Shown: piece by piece, positions 19,450-30,500 of the stretch
Layout of the letters: each line of letters opens with the position of its first letter
Position numbering within the stretch: position 1 is the stretch's first letter
NCBI GenBank assembly: GCA_043822705.1
Contig: JBDRBK010000069.1
Span: 1-44,851 of the forward strand
Reading direction: 5' to 3'
From: Fidelibacterota bacterium
GTDB taxonomy: Bacteria > Fidelibacterota > Marinisomatia > Marinisomatales > TCS56
Length of the DNA stretch: 44,851 nt
The notes under the pieces: generated by a model
What the model was told of the DNA's origin: nothing
The model's input: only the letters and a program-made list of their open reading frames with translations
Database searches by the model: none
Program-made: the position numbers and the translations under genes

Positions 19450-20927
19450 AATTGTCGGTAGTAATGATGAATCGCCTCATATTATTGGTTTTCCTGATAA
19501 CGCAATGTGGTTATTGTCTGGCTCAGCCGGCTTTAAACGAGCGGCTGCAGTTCATCACCGCCAATGACACTCTTAGCCGGGCCCAGTGGGGTATTTTCGC
19601 CCAGTACGTGGATGACGGCACAGTGCTGCTGGAGTATAATCACGATTACCCGCTGGCGCCGGCATCGGGCCTGAAAGCGCTCACTACCGGGCTGGCACTA
19701 CATACTCTGGGACCGGATTTCCGGTTTGAAACCGATCTGTATCTGGACGGTAAAATCAGTCGCAGCGGGGTACTGAACGGGAATATTCTGATCCGGGGCG
19801 GGGGCGACCCGACCCTGGGGTCGGATCTGGTGCCGGGTTCAACAGGTCTGGACAGTCTGATGCGGCGCTGGACCAATGCCGTCAAGGCCCGCGGTATTAA
19901 AAAAATCACCGGTGCCGTAATCGCCGATATTTCCCTGTTTGACGGGCAGGTTTTGCCCGATTACTGGCCCTGGACCGATATGGGTAATTATTATGGAGCG
20001 GCCACCAATTCGCTCTGCATCAACGATAATCTGTATTACCTGACTTTCAAACCCGGGCAGGTTGCCGGTGACCCGGCGCAGGTCCTGCGCTGTGAACCGG
20101 AGATACCGGGTCTGAAATTTGAGAATCACATGCGCACCGGCCCGATCGGGTCCGGTGACAACGGCTATATCTACTGCGCGCCGCGACAGTATCTGGCCAC
20201 GCTACGCGGCACCGTTCCCGCTGGTGTCGATGAATTCACAATCAAGGGATCGATACCGGATCCGGCCCTGTTCGCCGCCCAGTATTTGTCCGGCCGGTTA
20301 GCGGCGGCTGGAATCACCGTAAACGGACGGGCTAATGCGGATTCTGGACCGCGCAATTATGACCGGCTGGAACTGGTGGATCGCGTCAGTTCCCCGTCCC
20401 TGATCGCCATTATCAATCTGGTGCATCAGAAAAGTGTCAATCTTTATGCCGAACAATTGCTGAAGATAACGGCAGAAGTTACCAGTGATACGGGAAGTAT
20501 CGACCAGGGCCTCAAGCTGCTGTATGCCATGTTTGATTCGTTGGGGATCGAGCGCTTTGGGCTGGAACTTTACGATGGCAGCGGCTTGTCCCGCACCAAC
20601 CAGATTTCGGTCCGCCAGTTCAGCGCTTTTCTGCGGGCCATGGCCGATTTGCCGGATTTTGAACAGTACCTGACATCGTTTTCATTAGCCGGTGACCCGG
20701 CCGGAATTGGGTTTCTGAAGTCGTTCGGTAGTGGTACCGAACTGGCTTTCAACGGGAGGATCAAGACCGGTCTGATTAACGGCGCCCGGAGTCATTCCGG
20801 TTATCTGCGAACCCGTTCCGGGCGGCTGGTGACTTTTTCGATGATCTGCAATAATTACCCGGTACCTACCAGCCGGATAAACCGGATCCACGAACGACTG
20901 CTGATCGAATTGGCGCAACTGCCCTGA
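19446..20927 (+). CDS. dacB: D-Ala-D-Ala carboxypeptidase/endopeptidase (PBP4, peptidase S13)
   Basis: PASGLK (SxxK), SVN (SxN), KTG, GGGDPTL, DGSGLSR. ATGA overlap with the GH20 gene. Confidence 0.95.
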   Translation: MKLSVVMMNRLILLVFLITQCGYCLAQPALNERLQFITANDTLSRAQWGIFAQYVDDGTVLLEYNHDYPLAPASGLKALTTGLALHTLGPDFRFETDLYLDGKISRSGVLNGNILIRGGGDPTLGSDLVPGSTGLDSLMRRWTNAVKARGIKKITGAVIADISLFDGQVLPDYWPWTDMGNYYGAATNSLCINDNLYYLTFKPGQVAGDPAQVLRCEPEIPGLKFENHMRTGPIGSGDNGYIYCAPRQYLATLRGTVPAGVDEFTIKGSIPDPALFAAQYLSGRLAAAGITVNGRANADSGPRNYDRLELVDRVSSPSLIAIINLVHQKSVNLYAEQLLKITAEVTSDTGSIDQGLKLLYAMFDSLGIERFGLELYDGSGLSRTNQISVRQFSAFLRAMADLPDFEQYLTSFSLAGDPAGIGFLKSFGSGTELAFNGRIKTGLINGARSHSGYLRTRSGRLVTFSMICNNYPVPTSRINRIHERLLIELAQLP

Positions 20928-23257
20928 TGAGGATTATTCTGATGAAAAAATTCAAGTGGATATTGACAGCGCTGCTATTGATATTTTGCGGATCGGCCGC
21001 CGCCGGTCCGGCGACTATCAGGATTCTGGCAAGTGAGCGGGGTGGACCGTTCGTGTTGAAACTGGCAGAAATCAGTTCGGCCGGTGATTCAATCCGAATC
21101 CTGGATTCGGCGGTTCCGTTACCGGTGGTGATTCCAGGGCTGCAGGACTTGGGCTGGTTCCAAATGACATTACCTGTCGGCGATTCGACGATTCTCGCTA
21201 CGATTTTTACGGAAGATTCGGGGCTGGACACGGTCACAAGAGATTCCCTGGAAACGATCTACAAGTCGAGTCTGCTGCGGCGCGATCGCCGGTTGCTGCA
21301 GCACCTGACGCCGCCTTCCGACAGCACTGAATTTGCGTTCTTTATCCGGGACACCACACAGGCGGAAACCGGTCCGCTGGAAATACCCGCTTTTTACCGG
21401 ATGCTGGCTGATTCGGCCACCGGCACGGGATTAATCCGGTTGCTGCTACCGGGCCGGGCCGATACGCTCAACTGCCGACTGTTTCCGACCAGCTATCCGC
21501 CGGATTGGATCGAACTTTATTCAATCGAGACACTGTTCGCCGACATGATTGCCACCCGCGATTCCATCGATCATCTGTTGTTCACTTTTCCGGCCGATTC
21601 GGACACCATATACCAGGTGCAAGTCCGTTTCGGTGGCTGGGCCCGGGACACGGCAGCGGTCCTCATCATCGCCGGTGACACAGTGGATATCTACGCCAGT
21701 GGAGCTTTCGCCGGATTGTATAAGCTGGAACCGGGCTGGAATAACTATCCGGTGATCGTCACCACCGATACCAGTCGTCGGGAAATGGTCATGCAGCTAT
21801 ATAATCCACCGGCCAAGTACGAGTTTACCGGCGATCGTCCGGTACTGGTGGCGGAGTCGATCTATCCCGGTGAAAATATAATCTTCCGGCAACCGGACCG
21901 CCTGATCGTCCGGGTCCGTGGCAGCGCCGGCGGTACGGCGGAATTCAAGATACCCCATCTAACCGGCGGTTTCCGGCCGATGATGGAAATTACCGACGGA
22001 AACGGCAGCGACGGCAGCACCCTGTATGAAGGTGTTTTCGACATTTCCGGCTCCGACCGCTGCCGGCAGCAGCCGATCATTTTCCGGTTGAAAAACGCCG
22101 ATGGTAAGTCCGGTACGATTAGGTCCAAGGCCCGGATATCGGTGGCGATCGACCGGCAGCCGACGCTGGTGGTGACCGCCGACAGCGAGAGCCTGCTGAG
22201 GTACGCTCCCGGTGGTGAAATTCTTACCATCCAGCCCGCCGGAATTGTCCTGGAAACAATCGCGGAGTCGGATCGCTGGCTCAAAGTCCGTCTTTCCGAA
22301 AACCGTAGTGCCTATATTTACCGCTATTCGGTAAAAAATCTGCCGGCCGGCGGCGGTGCCCGCGAGGCAGCGCTTTACAGTATTTCTTCCACGGTGGATT
22401 CCGACTGGGTTTCGGTCAATTTTAATCTTTCCGCCCAGGTACCATTCCGGATCGTTCAGGGCAGCGACCCCCAGCGCCTTTCGGTGTATTTTTACTGCAC
22501 CCGATTTCAGGATGAGTGGACGGTCTATCCCGACAGCAGCGACCTGATCGAACAATTCGACTGGAACGCCGAGGATGACGACCTGCTGCGTTTCGATATC
22601 TACCTGAATACCAGTCAGCAGTGGGGCTATCGTGGTTATTACGAGGGCAACCGCTTTCGGCTGGATCTGAAGGTGCCCCCCCGGATCAATCCGGAAAATC
22701 CTTTTGCCGGCCTGACCTTCATCTTGGATGCCGGGCACGGTGGTCGGCACCGGGGCGCCGTCGGCAGCACCGGACTGATGGAAAAGGATGTGAACCTGGT
22801 CTACACCCAGTACCTGGGAAAAATGCTGCAGGAACGCGGCGCCCGGGTGGTTGTCACCCGACAGATAGATACAACGCTGTCACTGTCGGAGCGAATGGAC
22901 ATCGCCCGCCAGGAACATGGTGATATTTTCGTCTGGATGCACAATAACGCCGCCGGCTCGAGCCGCAATCCGCTGGAGGTTAGCGGGACCAGTACCTATT
23001 ACACCAGTCCCCAGAACTGGCCCTTCGCCCGTGCCGTCTATCCACGGCTGCTGGAGCTGGGACTGGAACCATTCGGTCAGGTCCACCGCACCTATTACAT
23101 CACCCGGCAGACCGATATGATCATCTTCCTGGTAGAGGGGGCGTTCATGCCCCATCCCGGTGACGAATTATTCCTGTTGTCCGACGACAACCTGCGGCGG
23201 CTGGCACAAGCGGTGCTGCAGGGATTGGAAGACCATCTGACCAGTCTGGCTAAATGA
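20927..23257 (+). CDS. N-acetylmuramoyl-L-alanine amidase (Amidase_3) with long N-terminal extension including SH3-like and AMIN-like regions
   Basis: ILDAGHGG, EKDVNL, WMHNNA, LVEGAFM (Zn ligands and catalytic Glu). WLKVRLSENRSAYI is SH3b-like. TGATG overlap. Alternative start at 20942. Confidence 0.92.
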   Translation: MRIILMKKFKWILTALLLIFCGSAAAGPATIRILASERGGPFVLKLAEISSAGDSIRILDSAVPLPVVIPGLQDLGWFQMTLPVGDSTILATIFTEDSGLDTVTRDSLETIYKSSLLRRDRRLLQHLTPPSDSTEFAFFIRDTTQAETGPLEIPAFYRMLADSATGTGLIRLLLPGRADTLNCRLFPTSYPPDWIELYSIETLFADMIATRDSIDHLLFTFPADSDTIYQVQVRFGGWARDTAAVLIIAGDTVDIYASGAFAGLYKLEPGWNNYPVIVTTDTSRREMVMQLYNPPAKYEFTGDRPVLVAESIYPGENIIFRQPDRLIVRVRGSAGGTAEFKIPHLTGGFRPMMEITDGNGSDGSTLYEGVFDISGSDRCRQQPIIFRLKNADGKSGTIRSKARISVAIDRQPTLVVTADSESLLRYAPGGEILTIQPAGIVLETIAESDRWLKVRLSENRSAYIYRYSVKNLPAGGGAREAALYSISSTVDSDWVSVNFNLSAQVPFRIVQGSDPQRLSVYFYCTRFQDEWTVYPDSSDLIEQFDWNAEDDDLLRFDIYLNTSQQWGYRGYYEGNRFRLDLKVPPRINPENPFAGLTFILDAGHGGRHRGAVGSTGLMEKDVNLVYTQYLGKMLQERGARVVVTRQIDTTLSLSERMDIARQEHGDIFVWMHNNAAGSSRNPLEVSGTSTYYTSPQNWPFARAVYPRLLELGLEPFGQVHRTYYITRQTDMIIFLVEGAFMPHPGDELFLLSDDNLRRLAQAVLQGLEDHLTSLAK

Positions 23258-23279
23258 ACACTGTTATTGAAGGTAACCC

Positions 23280-24815
23280 ATGCTGAAAATAATCAAGCGC
23301 CATATTTTTTTAACGCTGACCGGTATCAGTGCATTGGTATATTTTTCCGGGTGCGCCCATTTTCGTCCGGTCGAACCGCCTGCCAGCGAAATGCGGGCAG
23401 TCTGGCTGTCGCGGTTTGAATACTGTCGCTACACTTCCAGCCACGATCAGGATTCGATCCGGGCCTATATTTCCGACACGATCGAAAAAGCCGCGCAGTC
23501 GAATTTCAACGTGGTGATCTTCCAGATTCGCGGCAGCGGTGACGCCTATTACCGTTCCGGTATCGAACCCTGGGGGCAGTTGCTGACTGGTAAGTTGGGG
23601 CAAGACCCCGGCTGGGACCCGCTGGAATATGCGGTTACTGAAGCCCACCGGCAGGGACTCGAACTGCATGCCTGGTGTAACACTTTTCCGGCCTGGCGGG
23701 GGCCGGGAGTACCACCAGAAACGGTACCGCGGTCGCCTTTTCTGGAACATCCCGAGTGGTTGGTCTGCGATTCCAGTGGCGTGCCGATGCCGGTGACCGA
23801 TCATTACGTTTCATTTTCGCCGGGAATACCGGCCGTCCATGATTACCTGGTCCGGATCGCCACCGATGTTGTCCGGCGCTATGATATCGATGGCTTTCAT
23901 TTCGATTACATCCGCTACCCCGAGCAGTCGCCGGAATTGGGCTATAGCCACGATTCGATCAGCGTGGCGCTGTTCAATTCATCGGCGGGCAATCCCTGGA
24001 AACTGGATTGGGAAGACTGGCAGCGTGAGCAGTTGACCCAATTTGTCTGCAAGGTTTATGATGCCATCACCACGATCAAGCCCTGGGTCAAGGTGTCGGC
24101 GGCCGTGATCGGTTCATACACCGGCAATGGCTGGACAGCCTACAACTCGGTTTATCAGGATGCGCGGCGTTGGACCGAACTGGGCAAGATTGATTTTATT
24201 GCCCCGATGATCTACCACCCGCGGTCGCACCCAACGGCTCCGTTCATGAAGCGATCCCTGGCCTGGAAAAACTATTATACCGTGGATCGCTACGTTTTTC
24301 CCGGAATCGGCAGCTATCGTTACAATACTGACAAAAAACCCTACACATGGCGCGAGACGGAAGGGCAGGTAAATGACCTGCGTAAAGAGGGTTTCCCGGG
24401 TATGGTCTTCTTCAGCGCCGGCAGCCTTGATGGTCACTGGGAGTCGATGCGAGCGAAGTATTTTTACAATCACGCCGATATTCCCGCAATGGACTGGAAA
24501 CCGGCGGTGGTATTATTGGCACCCCAGAATGTGATTGCCGACCTGAGTGAAAACCTGCTTACAGTCAGTTGGATGGATACATTGAATACCACTCAACTTG
24601 TCGCCTACGATATATATTGGGATGCGGACAGCAGCCTAAGCGATTCCACTTTGCTGTTAGGTACGGTTCCGGCCGATTCCGCCTTTATTTGGAGTACGGA
24701 ATGGGAAGGGGCGCCTGATTCGGTCAATATCGCCCTGAAAGCCCGGGACGGGCGGAGGAATGAGAGCCCATTTTCGCCGGCTGAGCGATTAGGTGTTGCC
24801 CAGCCTGAATATTAA
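23280..24815 (+). CDS. GHL10/DUF187 glycoside hydrolase lipoprotein (YddW/DigH-like) with C-terminal FN3-like domain
   Basis: Lipobox FSGC, EMRAVW, DPGWDPL, LELHAW, YDIDGFHFDYIRYP, DFIAPMIY. Ends with RRNESPFS. Confidence 0.9.
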   Translation: MLKIIKRHIFLTLTGISALVYFSGCAHFRPVEPPASEMRAVWLSRFEYCRYTSSHDQDSIRAYISDTIEKAAQSNFNVVIFQIRGSGDAYYRSGIEPWGQLLTGKLGQDPGWDPLEYAVTEAHRQGLELHAWCNTFPAWRGPGVPPETVPRSPFLEHPEWLVCDSSGVPMPVTDHYVSFSPGIPAVHDYLVRIATDVVRRYDIDGFHFDYIRYPEQSPELGYSHDSISVALFNSSAGNPWKLDWEDWQREQLTQFVCKVYDAITTIKPWVKVSAAVIGSYTGNGWTAYNSVYQDARRWTELGKIDFIAPMIYHPRSHPTAPFMKRSLAWKNYYTVDRYVFPGIGSYRYNTDKKPYTWRETEGQVNDLRKEGFPGMVFFSAGSLDGHWESMRAKYFYNHADIPAMDWKPAVVLLAPQNVIADLSENLLTVSWMDTLNTTQLVAYDIYWDADSSLSDSTLLLGTVPADSAFIWSTEWEGAPDSVNIALKARDGRRNESPFSPAERLGVAQPEY

Positions 24816-25825
24816 AGATTTTTCAACCCAATCCCCGGCCGGTCCGACAGGGTGATTTTACCATCGACAATTGTCGTACCGTGGTAGGGATCGTTGCTGA
24901 TCAGCAGGTTGCCGTCCAGGTCGGCCCAGTCCACCATTGGCGATAGCTGTGAAGCCGCCGATACCGCGCAGGAAGTTTCGGTCATGCAGCCAAGCATCAC
25001 CTGCATGCCCAAGCCCCGGGCCAGCAACAGCATTTTGTGAGCTTCCCGCATACCGGTGCATTTCATCAGTTTGATATTGATCCCTGAGTAAACACCCTGC
25101 AGGCGCGGCACGTCAGACAGGCGCTGCAGAGCCTCGTCGGCGATCGTCGGCAGGGGACTGTTTTCCGTGAGCCAGGCCATATCATCAATCACGTCTTTCG
25201 GCATCGGCTGTTCCACCAGCAGGCAATTGCGCTCATTCAGCCAGTGGATCATTTCCAGCGCCCGGTTTTTATCGGTCCAGCCTTGATTAGCGTCCACTGT
25301 TAGCGGTTTGTCGGTGACAGACCGGATCGTTTCGACGATCTCGCAATCGTTGGCGCACCCCAGTTTGATTTTCAACAGATTGTAGGGCTCGGCCTCGGCC
25401 ACTTTTACGCGGATCATTTCCGGGGTGTCGATACCGATGGTGTAAGTCGTGTCGGGCGTCCTGGCCGGATCAAATCCCCAGATTTTATACCAGGGTTGTC
25501 CCAGCATTTTACCTACCAGGTCATGCAGGGCGATATCCACCGCCGCCTTGGCGGCGCCGTTGCCCTGTGCGATGGCATCAACATAATCGAGGATATTTTC
25601 CAACTGGAAGGGATCGTCGAACTGTGTCAGATCGACCTTGTCAAGAAAGGCCGCCACTGATTCCTGGGATTCACCCAGGTAGGGCGGCATTGACGCTTCG
25701 CCGTAACCGGTCAAACCTTCATGCTCAATTGTGGTCATCATAGCCGGTGTGGTGCTTCGGGAGTGCACCGCCACCGTGAACACATGCTTCAATTCCAGGG
25801 TGTAGGGCCGGTAGGTCAGTTTCAT
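24812..25825 (-). CDS. ykfB: L-Ala-D/L-Glu dipeptide epimerase (enolase superfamily)
   Basis: GYGEA, AAVDIALHDL, KIK, VDANQGW, VEQP, ADE, NIKLMK, GCMTET, DLDG. ATGA overlap with the NlpC/P60 gene. Confidence 0.93.
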   Translation of the reverse strand: MKLTYRPYTLELKHVFTVAVHSRSTTPAMMTTIEHEGLTGYGEASMPPYLGESQESVAAFLDKVDLTQFDDPFQLENILDYVDAIAQGNGAAKAAVDIALHDLVGKMLGQPWYKIWGFDPARTPDTTYTIGIDTPEMIRVKVAEAEPYNLLKIKLGCANDCEIVETIRSVTDKPLTVDANQGWTDKNRALEMIHWLNERNCLLVEQPMPKDVIDDMAWLTENSPLPTIADEALQRLSDVPRLQGVYSGINIKLMKCTGMREAHKMLLLARGLGMQVMLGCMTETSCAVSAASQLSPMVDWADLDGNLLISNDPYHGTTIVDGKITLSDRPGIGLKNL

Positions 25826-27027
25826 TCTGATCGTACCTGGACGTAAGCCGGGTGATCTTTTACCAGCCTGATGCCGTTTTCATTCAGCGATGTCAAAATC
25901 CGGCGCGCCCGGATGAAAGTATCGAAACGGTACTGGTTGAAATTTGCGCGCGCCGGATCGAGACTGTTGATCTTGACCAGTCCTGAGGCATGGATGAATT
26001 CCGTATCGCCCAGGTACAGGCCCACGTGAGTGATTCTTTCCCTGGTCGAGTCAGTGGCGGCCTTACCGAAAAACAGCAGGTCGCAGGGTTCCAGTTGATC
26101 GAATCCGTTTTCCGTATCAATGGCATGCCCGGTAAAAACCTGCTGCGAGGCATCCCGGGCCAGGATGACACCGTTCAGAAAGAAAACCGTCTTGGTAAAG
26201 CCACTGCAGTCGAAATTTTTGCTGGATGTACCACCCCAGAGATAGGGCAGGCCGATATAGCGCCGGGCATCTCGGATGATGCTGGCGGCCTGGGGCTCGC
26301 CGGCAGCCAGCCAATCGGCAAACAGTCGAGCCGTTTCCATGGGAATGTAACCACTGCGGCCGTCAGGGAAACCGATCCGGTAGTGACCAGACTCGGTTCC
26401 CAGCAGCAGCAACAGGTCGCCAGCCACCAGGTCCGACACTCGTTCGGCGTCCGGCTTGGGAGCGGCAGTGGCAAAACCGTAATCGGCGGTAAAGATGATT
26501 TTACCCGCATCGATCCATTTGTCGGCCATTCCTTTATCACTGCGCTGGATACCGCTGGCGTCGACCCAGCCCAGGTAATAGTCGGGTGTCTGCACCAGAT
26601 ACCAGTAATCTTCATTTTTATAGACTTTCAGAACGGTGCCCAGCAGGGCCTGGGTCGCCAGTTCGGCCGAGTGGGCCGGCTGGGAACGGATATTGGCCAC
26701 TGACAGGCGGACGATCGCATACTGTTGGTCACCCAGGGCTGGGTCCGGCAGCAATATGCTGTGGTCTTCTACCGGAAGACCCAATTGCCGGATTTCCGCC
26801 AGCAGGGATGAATGGGCTTCCGGCAGGTTGGTCTCACCGGTCAAAATAATTTTTCCGTCACTGACGGTGCCGGTAATATCAAACAGCGCTACCCGTTTAT
26901 CCGGGGCAAACCGTTCTTTCGTTGTTTGGATAATATCGTTCAACTCGTTCATTTTTTTACTCTCCGGCGTCGATTGGCAGGAACCCAATAGACAGGTGAG
27001 GATCAATAATGGAATTATTTTCTGCAT
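25822..27027 (-). CDS. ykfC: SH3b + NlpC/P60 (C40) gamma-D-glutamyl-diamino-acid endopeptidase lipoprotein
   Basis: Lipobox LGSC, ELATQALLG, YLGWV, PYLWGGTS..FDCSGF, RDASQQ, HVGLY, FIHASG. Confidence 0.92.
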   Translation of the reverse strand: MQKIIPLLILTCLLGSCQSTPESKKMNELNDIIQTTKERFAPDKRVALFDITGTVSDGKIILTGETNLPEAHSSLLAEIRQLGLPVEDHSILLPDPALGDQQYAIVRLSVANIRSQPAHSAELATQALLGTVLKVYKNEDYWYLVQTPDYYLGWVDASGIQRSDKGMADKWIDAGKIIFTADYGFATAAPKPDAERVSDLVAGDLLLLLGTESGHYRIGFPDGRSGYIPMETARLFADWLAAGEPQAASIIRDARRYIGLPYLWGGTSSKNFDCSGFTKTVFFLNGVILARDASQQVFTGHAIDTENGFDQLEPCDLLFFGKAATDSTRERITHVGLYLGDTEFIHASGLVKINSLDPARANFNQYRFDTFIRARRILTSLNENGIRLVKDHPAYVQVRSE

Positions 27028-27295
27028 CTGGCTGTCCGTTTCTTGGTGCGATTTTAGGACTATCCACCCGAACTATTAAACCGAAATCTTGCCCGGAAAA
27101 TATTCTTTAGAAAAGTCGGTTTTAGAACCCGTTTAATTGTCCGTACGGAATGGAGAATCAATCACGATACGACGGACCGTGACGAATAACACTATTAATA
27201 TTAAGGAGTAGAAAATTCCCCTAGCATGCTTGTCACGACCCGGTTCGGGTGCTCTTAGTTGTTTACATATCCTGAAAATAACTGTGATAATTAAC

Positions 27296-27325
27296 TTGCA
27301 ATTCAATGCAGGGTCGAATTAGTTT
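27296..27325 (+). promoter_or_regulatory. Possible sigma70-type promoter for the 27512 gene
   Basis: TTGCAA-N18-TAGTTT in an AT-rich divergent intergenic region. Confidence 0.3.
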
Positions 27326-27511
27326 TATCCGGGATTTGGAGAAGAGAAGCCAGTTCTTTCTCTGGTATTTAATTCCCACAAATCTGATCTTCTCAAGCAG
27401 TTAATCGGGAGTGGTGCCATCCATTCCGGTCACTTTGCCTGAGTGTGCCGAGGAGCAAAATGGCGATATCAGATTTTTCACAACCACTTTTAAAATTGGA
27501 GGTTTTGGCCC

Positions 27512-30500
27512 ATGAATACACAGCTAAAACGTCTTTGGCCGTTTATAGCTATATTGTTGATAGCTGTTCCGGCCCTGGTGCTCGCCCAGACCACTTACGA
27601 CGGTTTTACCGTTGCCTGGGAGCTGGATCCGAATACCGCAGACAATATCATGGCCCGCGAGGGTTACGGCGGTTATTCCGTTAAAACAGGAATGGATTTC
27701 GATCACGACGGACGTCGTGAAATTCTGCTGACGCTTGACGAGACCCTGGCGCCGGGCGGACCCGATCCAGGTCACATAGACGTCTATCTCTATGAAAATG
27801 ACGGTGACGATAGTTACAGCTATGTCTGGAGCTTTGGTTCCCCTGAATTGGGTAATTCACAGCCCGGCCTGGCCTATGGAGACATCGATGAAGACGGCCT
27901 GTACGAAATCTATTTTGGCATTCCGCCGGCAGTCGGCAGTAATGACAATACCTGGGGTACCTACATATTTGAACAGAATATCGATGGTACTTTCCCGGCC
28001 GCCCCGACCCTGATTTACACCCATGGTTACGTAGCGACCGATAATTTCCGTCCGGCCGGTTATCAGTTGGGGGACGTCGACAAAGATGGCGACATCGAAT
28101 TATGTGCCGTAGACCGCGGTACGCGTAGAATGCAGATTCTGTCGTTGAGCACTGAAGGTTTGGATGAATTTGCCGATTTCACCATTGAATTTGAATTAGG
28201 CCCGGACGTTCTTGGCGGCGGTGGTGTCTATGACCTGATGATCGTCGACTTTGATGGCGACGGCTTTGATGAAGTCTGGGTTAACACCTGGGACCTGTGG
28301 AGCATGGCGGTGGTCGAGAATACCGCAGCCGATACCTATGTTCTTCAATTGGACCTGAACCAGATCTTCTCACAAAACAATGATCCCGGTTCTTTTAACA
28401 TGCACGACTTGTTCTTCCAGGACGTGGATGGCGACGGTCTGCTCGAGGCCTGGTTCCCCATGACCGATGGCAAGTTGTACTTTTTGGATGACGCTACCGA
28501 TGTCTCCGCAATTGTCGGTACGGATGTTGTCGAAGTTCTGACCTTCAATGAACTGGGACACAGCCGTGGCGCCGATATCGGTGACATTGATTCCGATGGA
28601 CGCCCAGACATCATTACTGGTACGGGTGTCGATGAGGAAATTATCTGGATCGAATACCAGGAAATCGGCGATCCGGCTCTGGCCTCCAGCTATACCGTGA
28701 AAACTATCTACAGCCTGAAAGATACCGAATTGCCCGATCGTTTCTATTCACCGGCAATTGCCCCGGTCGATCTGGATGGCGATGGCAAGAAAGAAGTCAT
28801 TCTGTCCAATATCAAGGCTTCCGGAGTTGGCCAGGCAGCGTTCACCGTGCTCGAATTCGATCCGTTCACGGCCCCGACGCTGGCCACGAACTGGTCGGTC
28901 GACACGCAGGTTATGCATGCCGATGCCGATTCACTGTTCGGCGTTGATTACTCCGGTAATTCCCGGACCGGTATTGCCGGTATGGATATGGATAAAGACG
29001 GCAAGCATGAGATGATCCTGACCGACTATGCCGGGGCCCGCGTCATCGTTTTCGAGTATGATGCGATCAATGGTGTGTTCGAAGAGGTCTGGTCTTCGCC
29101 CGAAGCCCGCAGCACCAGCCACGACGCTAATAATCCCCGTACGGTCAGCGTCGGCGATCTGGACAGTGACGGCAAAGAAGAGATCGTTTTCCCGCTGGCC
29201 CAGACCGGCTTTGAAGGCTGGCACATCTATGAATGGGACGGCGTGACCGGCAGCGACAATTACGGCACCACCTATTCTTCGATCTGCGCCGTGGAAGTCG
29301 ATACCTGCTGCTTTGCCGACCTGACGGCTTTTAATGCCGACCATGAAGCAATGATGATCTTCGATGTCGATGGCGACGGTCAACAGGAGTTAATCAGCGC
29401 AATTCGCCGCAACTCCGGTGGAAAACGTGGTACCCTGATCATGCACGTCGAAGACGATATCGAACATAATGCCGGCGGTTCCGGTTTAGAAACCTGGGTC
29501 GCGGAATTCTTCGTTGACCGGGTCAATTACGGTGGCGGTTCTCCGTACCACTGTATTCCAGCCGACCTGAATGGCGACGGTAGCTATGAACTGGTTAACC
29601 ATACCTGGAATTATTTCAACCTGTTCAATATCGCGGCTACCGGCACGGATACCTATTCCATGGCGGCCGTCGATTCGCCCACCCGTTATTACCAGGCTAC
29701 CTATCCTTCGGATCATGTATCACTGTTTGGTGGGACATCAGCGGATATCGACGGCGACGGCAATGATGAAGTCTATCTGGTTAATTACAATAACGCCGGT
29801 CTTTATGTCGTCGATTATGATGCGACCGATGATGTTTTGGTAATCGACGGTAATCATGTTGTAAAGATCGCCGATAATGTTGGGAATTTCTATTCAACGG
29901 TATTCGACGTTGATCAGAATGGCCACCAGAATATTTTCGTTGGTGCTGCCTATCCCAAGACGATCACCAGCACCGAATTCGTCGGTACCGATCCGCGTAA
30001 TCCCGATGATTATGTCACTTCCGTGATATATTCCGGTGAGGAAGATGTGATCCGGGATATCGTTGTCACCGATTCCGCTGGTGTAATGTCTACCACCTAC
30101 CTGCATACCAGCGCATTCGCGTCCAAAGTGCAGAGCAACTGGAACGGCATGCCGCTGGATTTTGATGGCGATGACAATTATGAAATCTTCGCCAGCTTCC
30201 AGAGCAATGCCGACAGCGTCCACACGACCAATTATACCTGGAATGCCACATCATCCCAATGGGATACGGTCGAGACCGCGGTTCTGAATGATAAGAACTG
30301 GGTCGCCATGCTGTTCGAATTCGCCGGCGGTGCCGTGAGTGTCGACGAGATCGTTATGATCACGCCCGACTCTTACAAACTGCTGCCGAATTATCCCAAT
30401 CCGTTCAACCCGGTGACCAATATCGAATTCGTTCTTCCGATCGATAAGCAGGTCTCCCTGAAAGTCTATAACATGCTGGGACAACATGTTCGCACTCTGG

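Noticed and set aside
27445..27684. 79-aa ORF as a possible leader peptide
   Set aside because: Overlaps the 27512 gene out of frame, has no RBS and shows no regulatory codon run.
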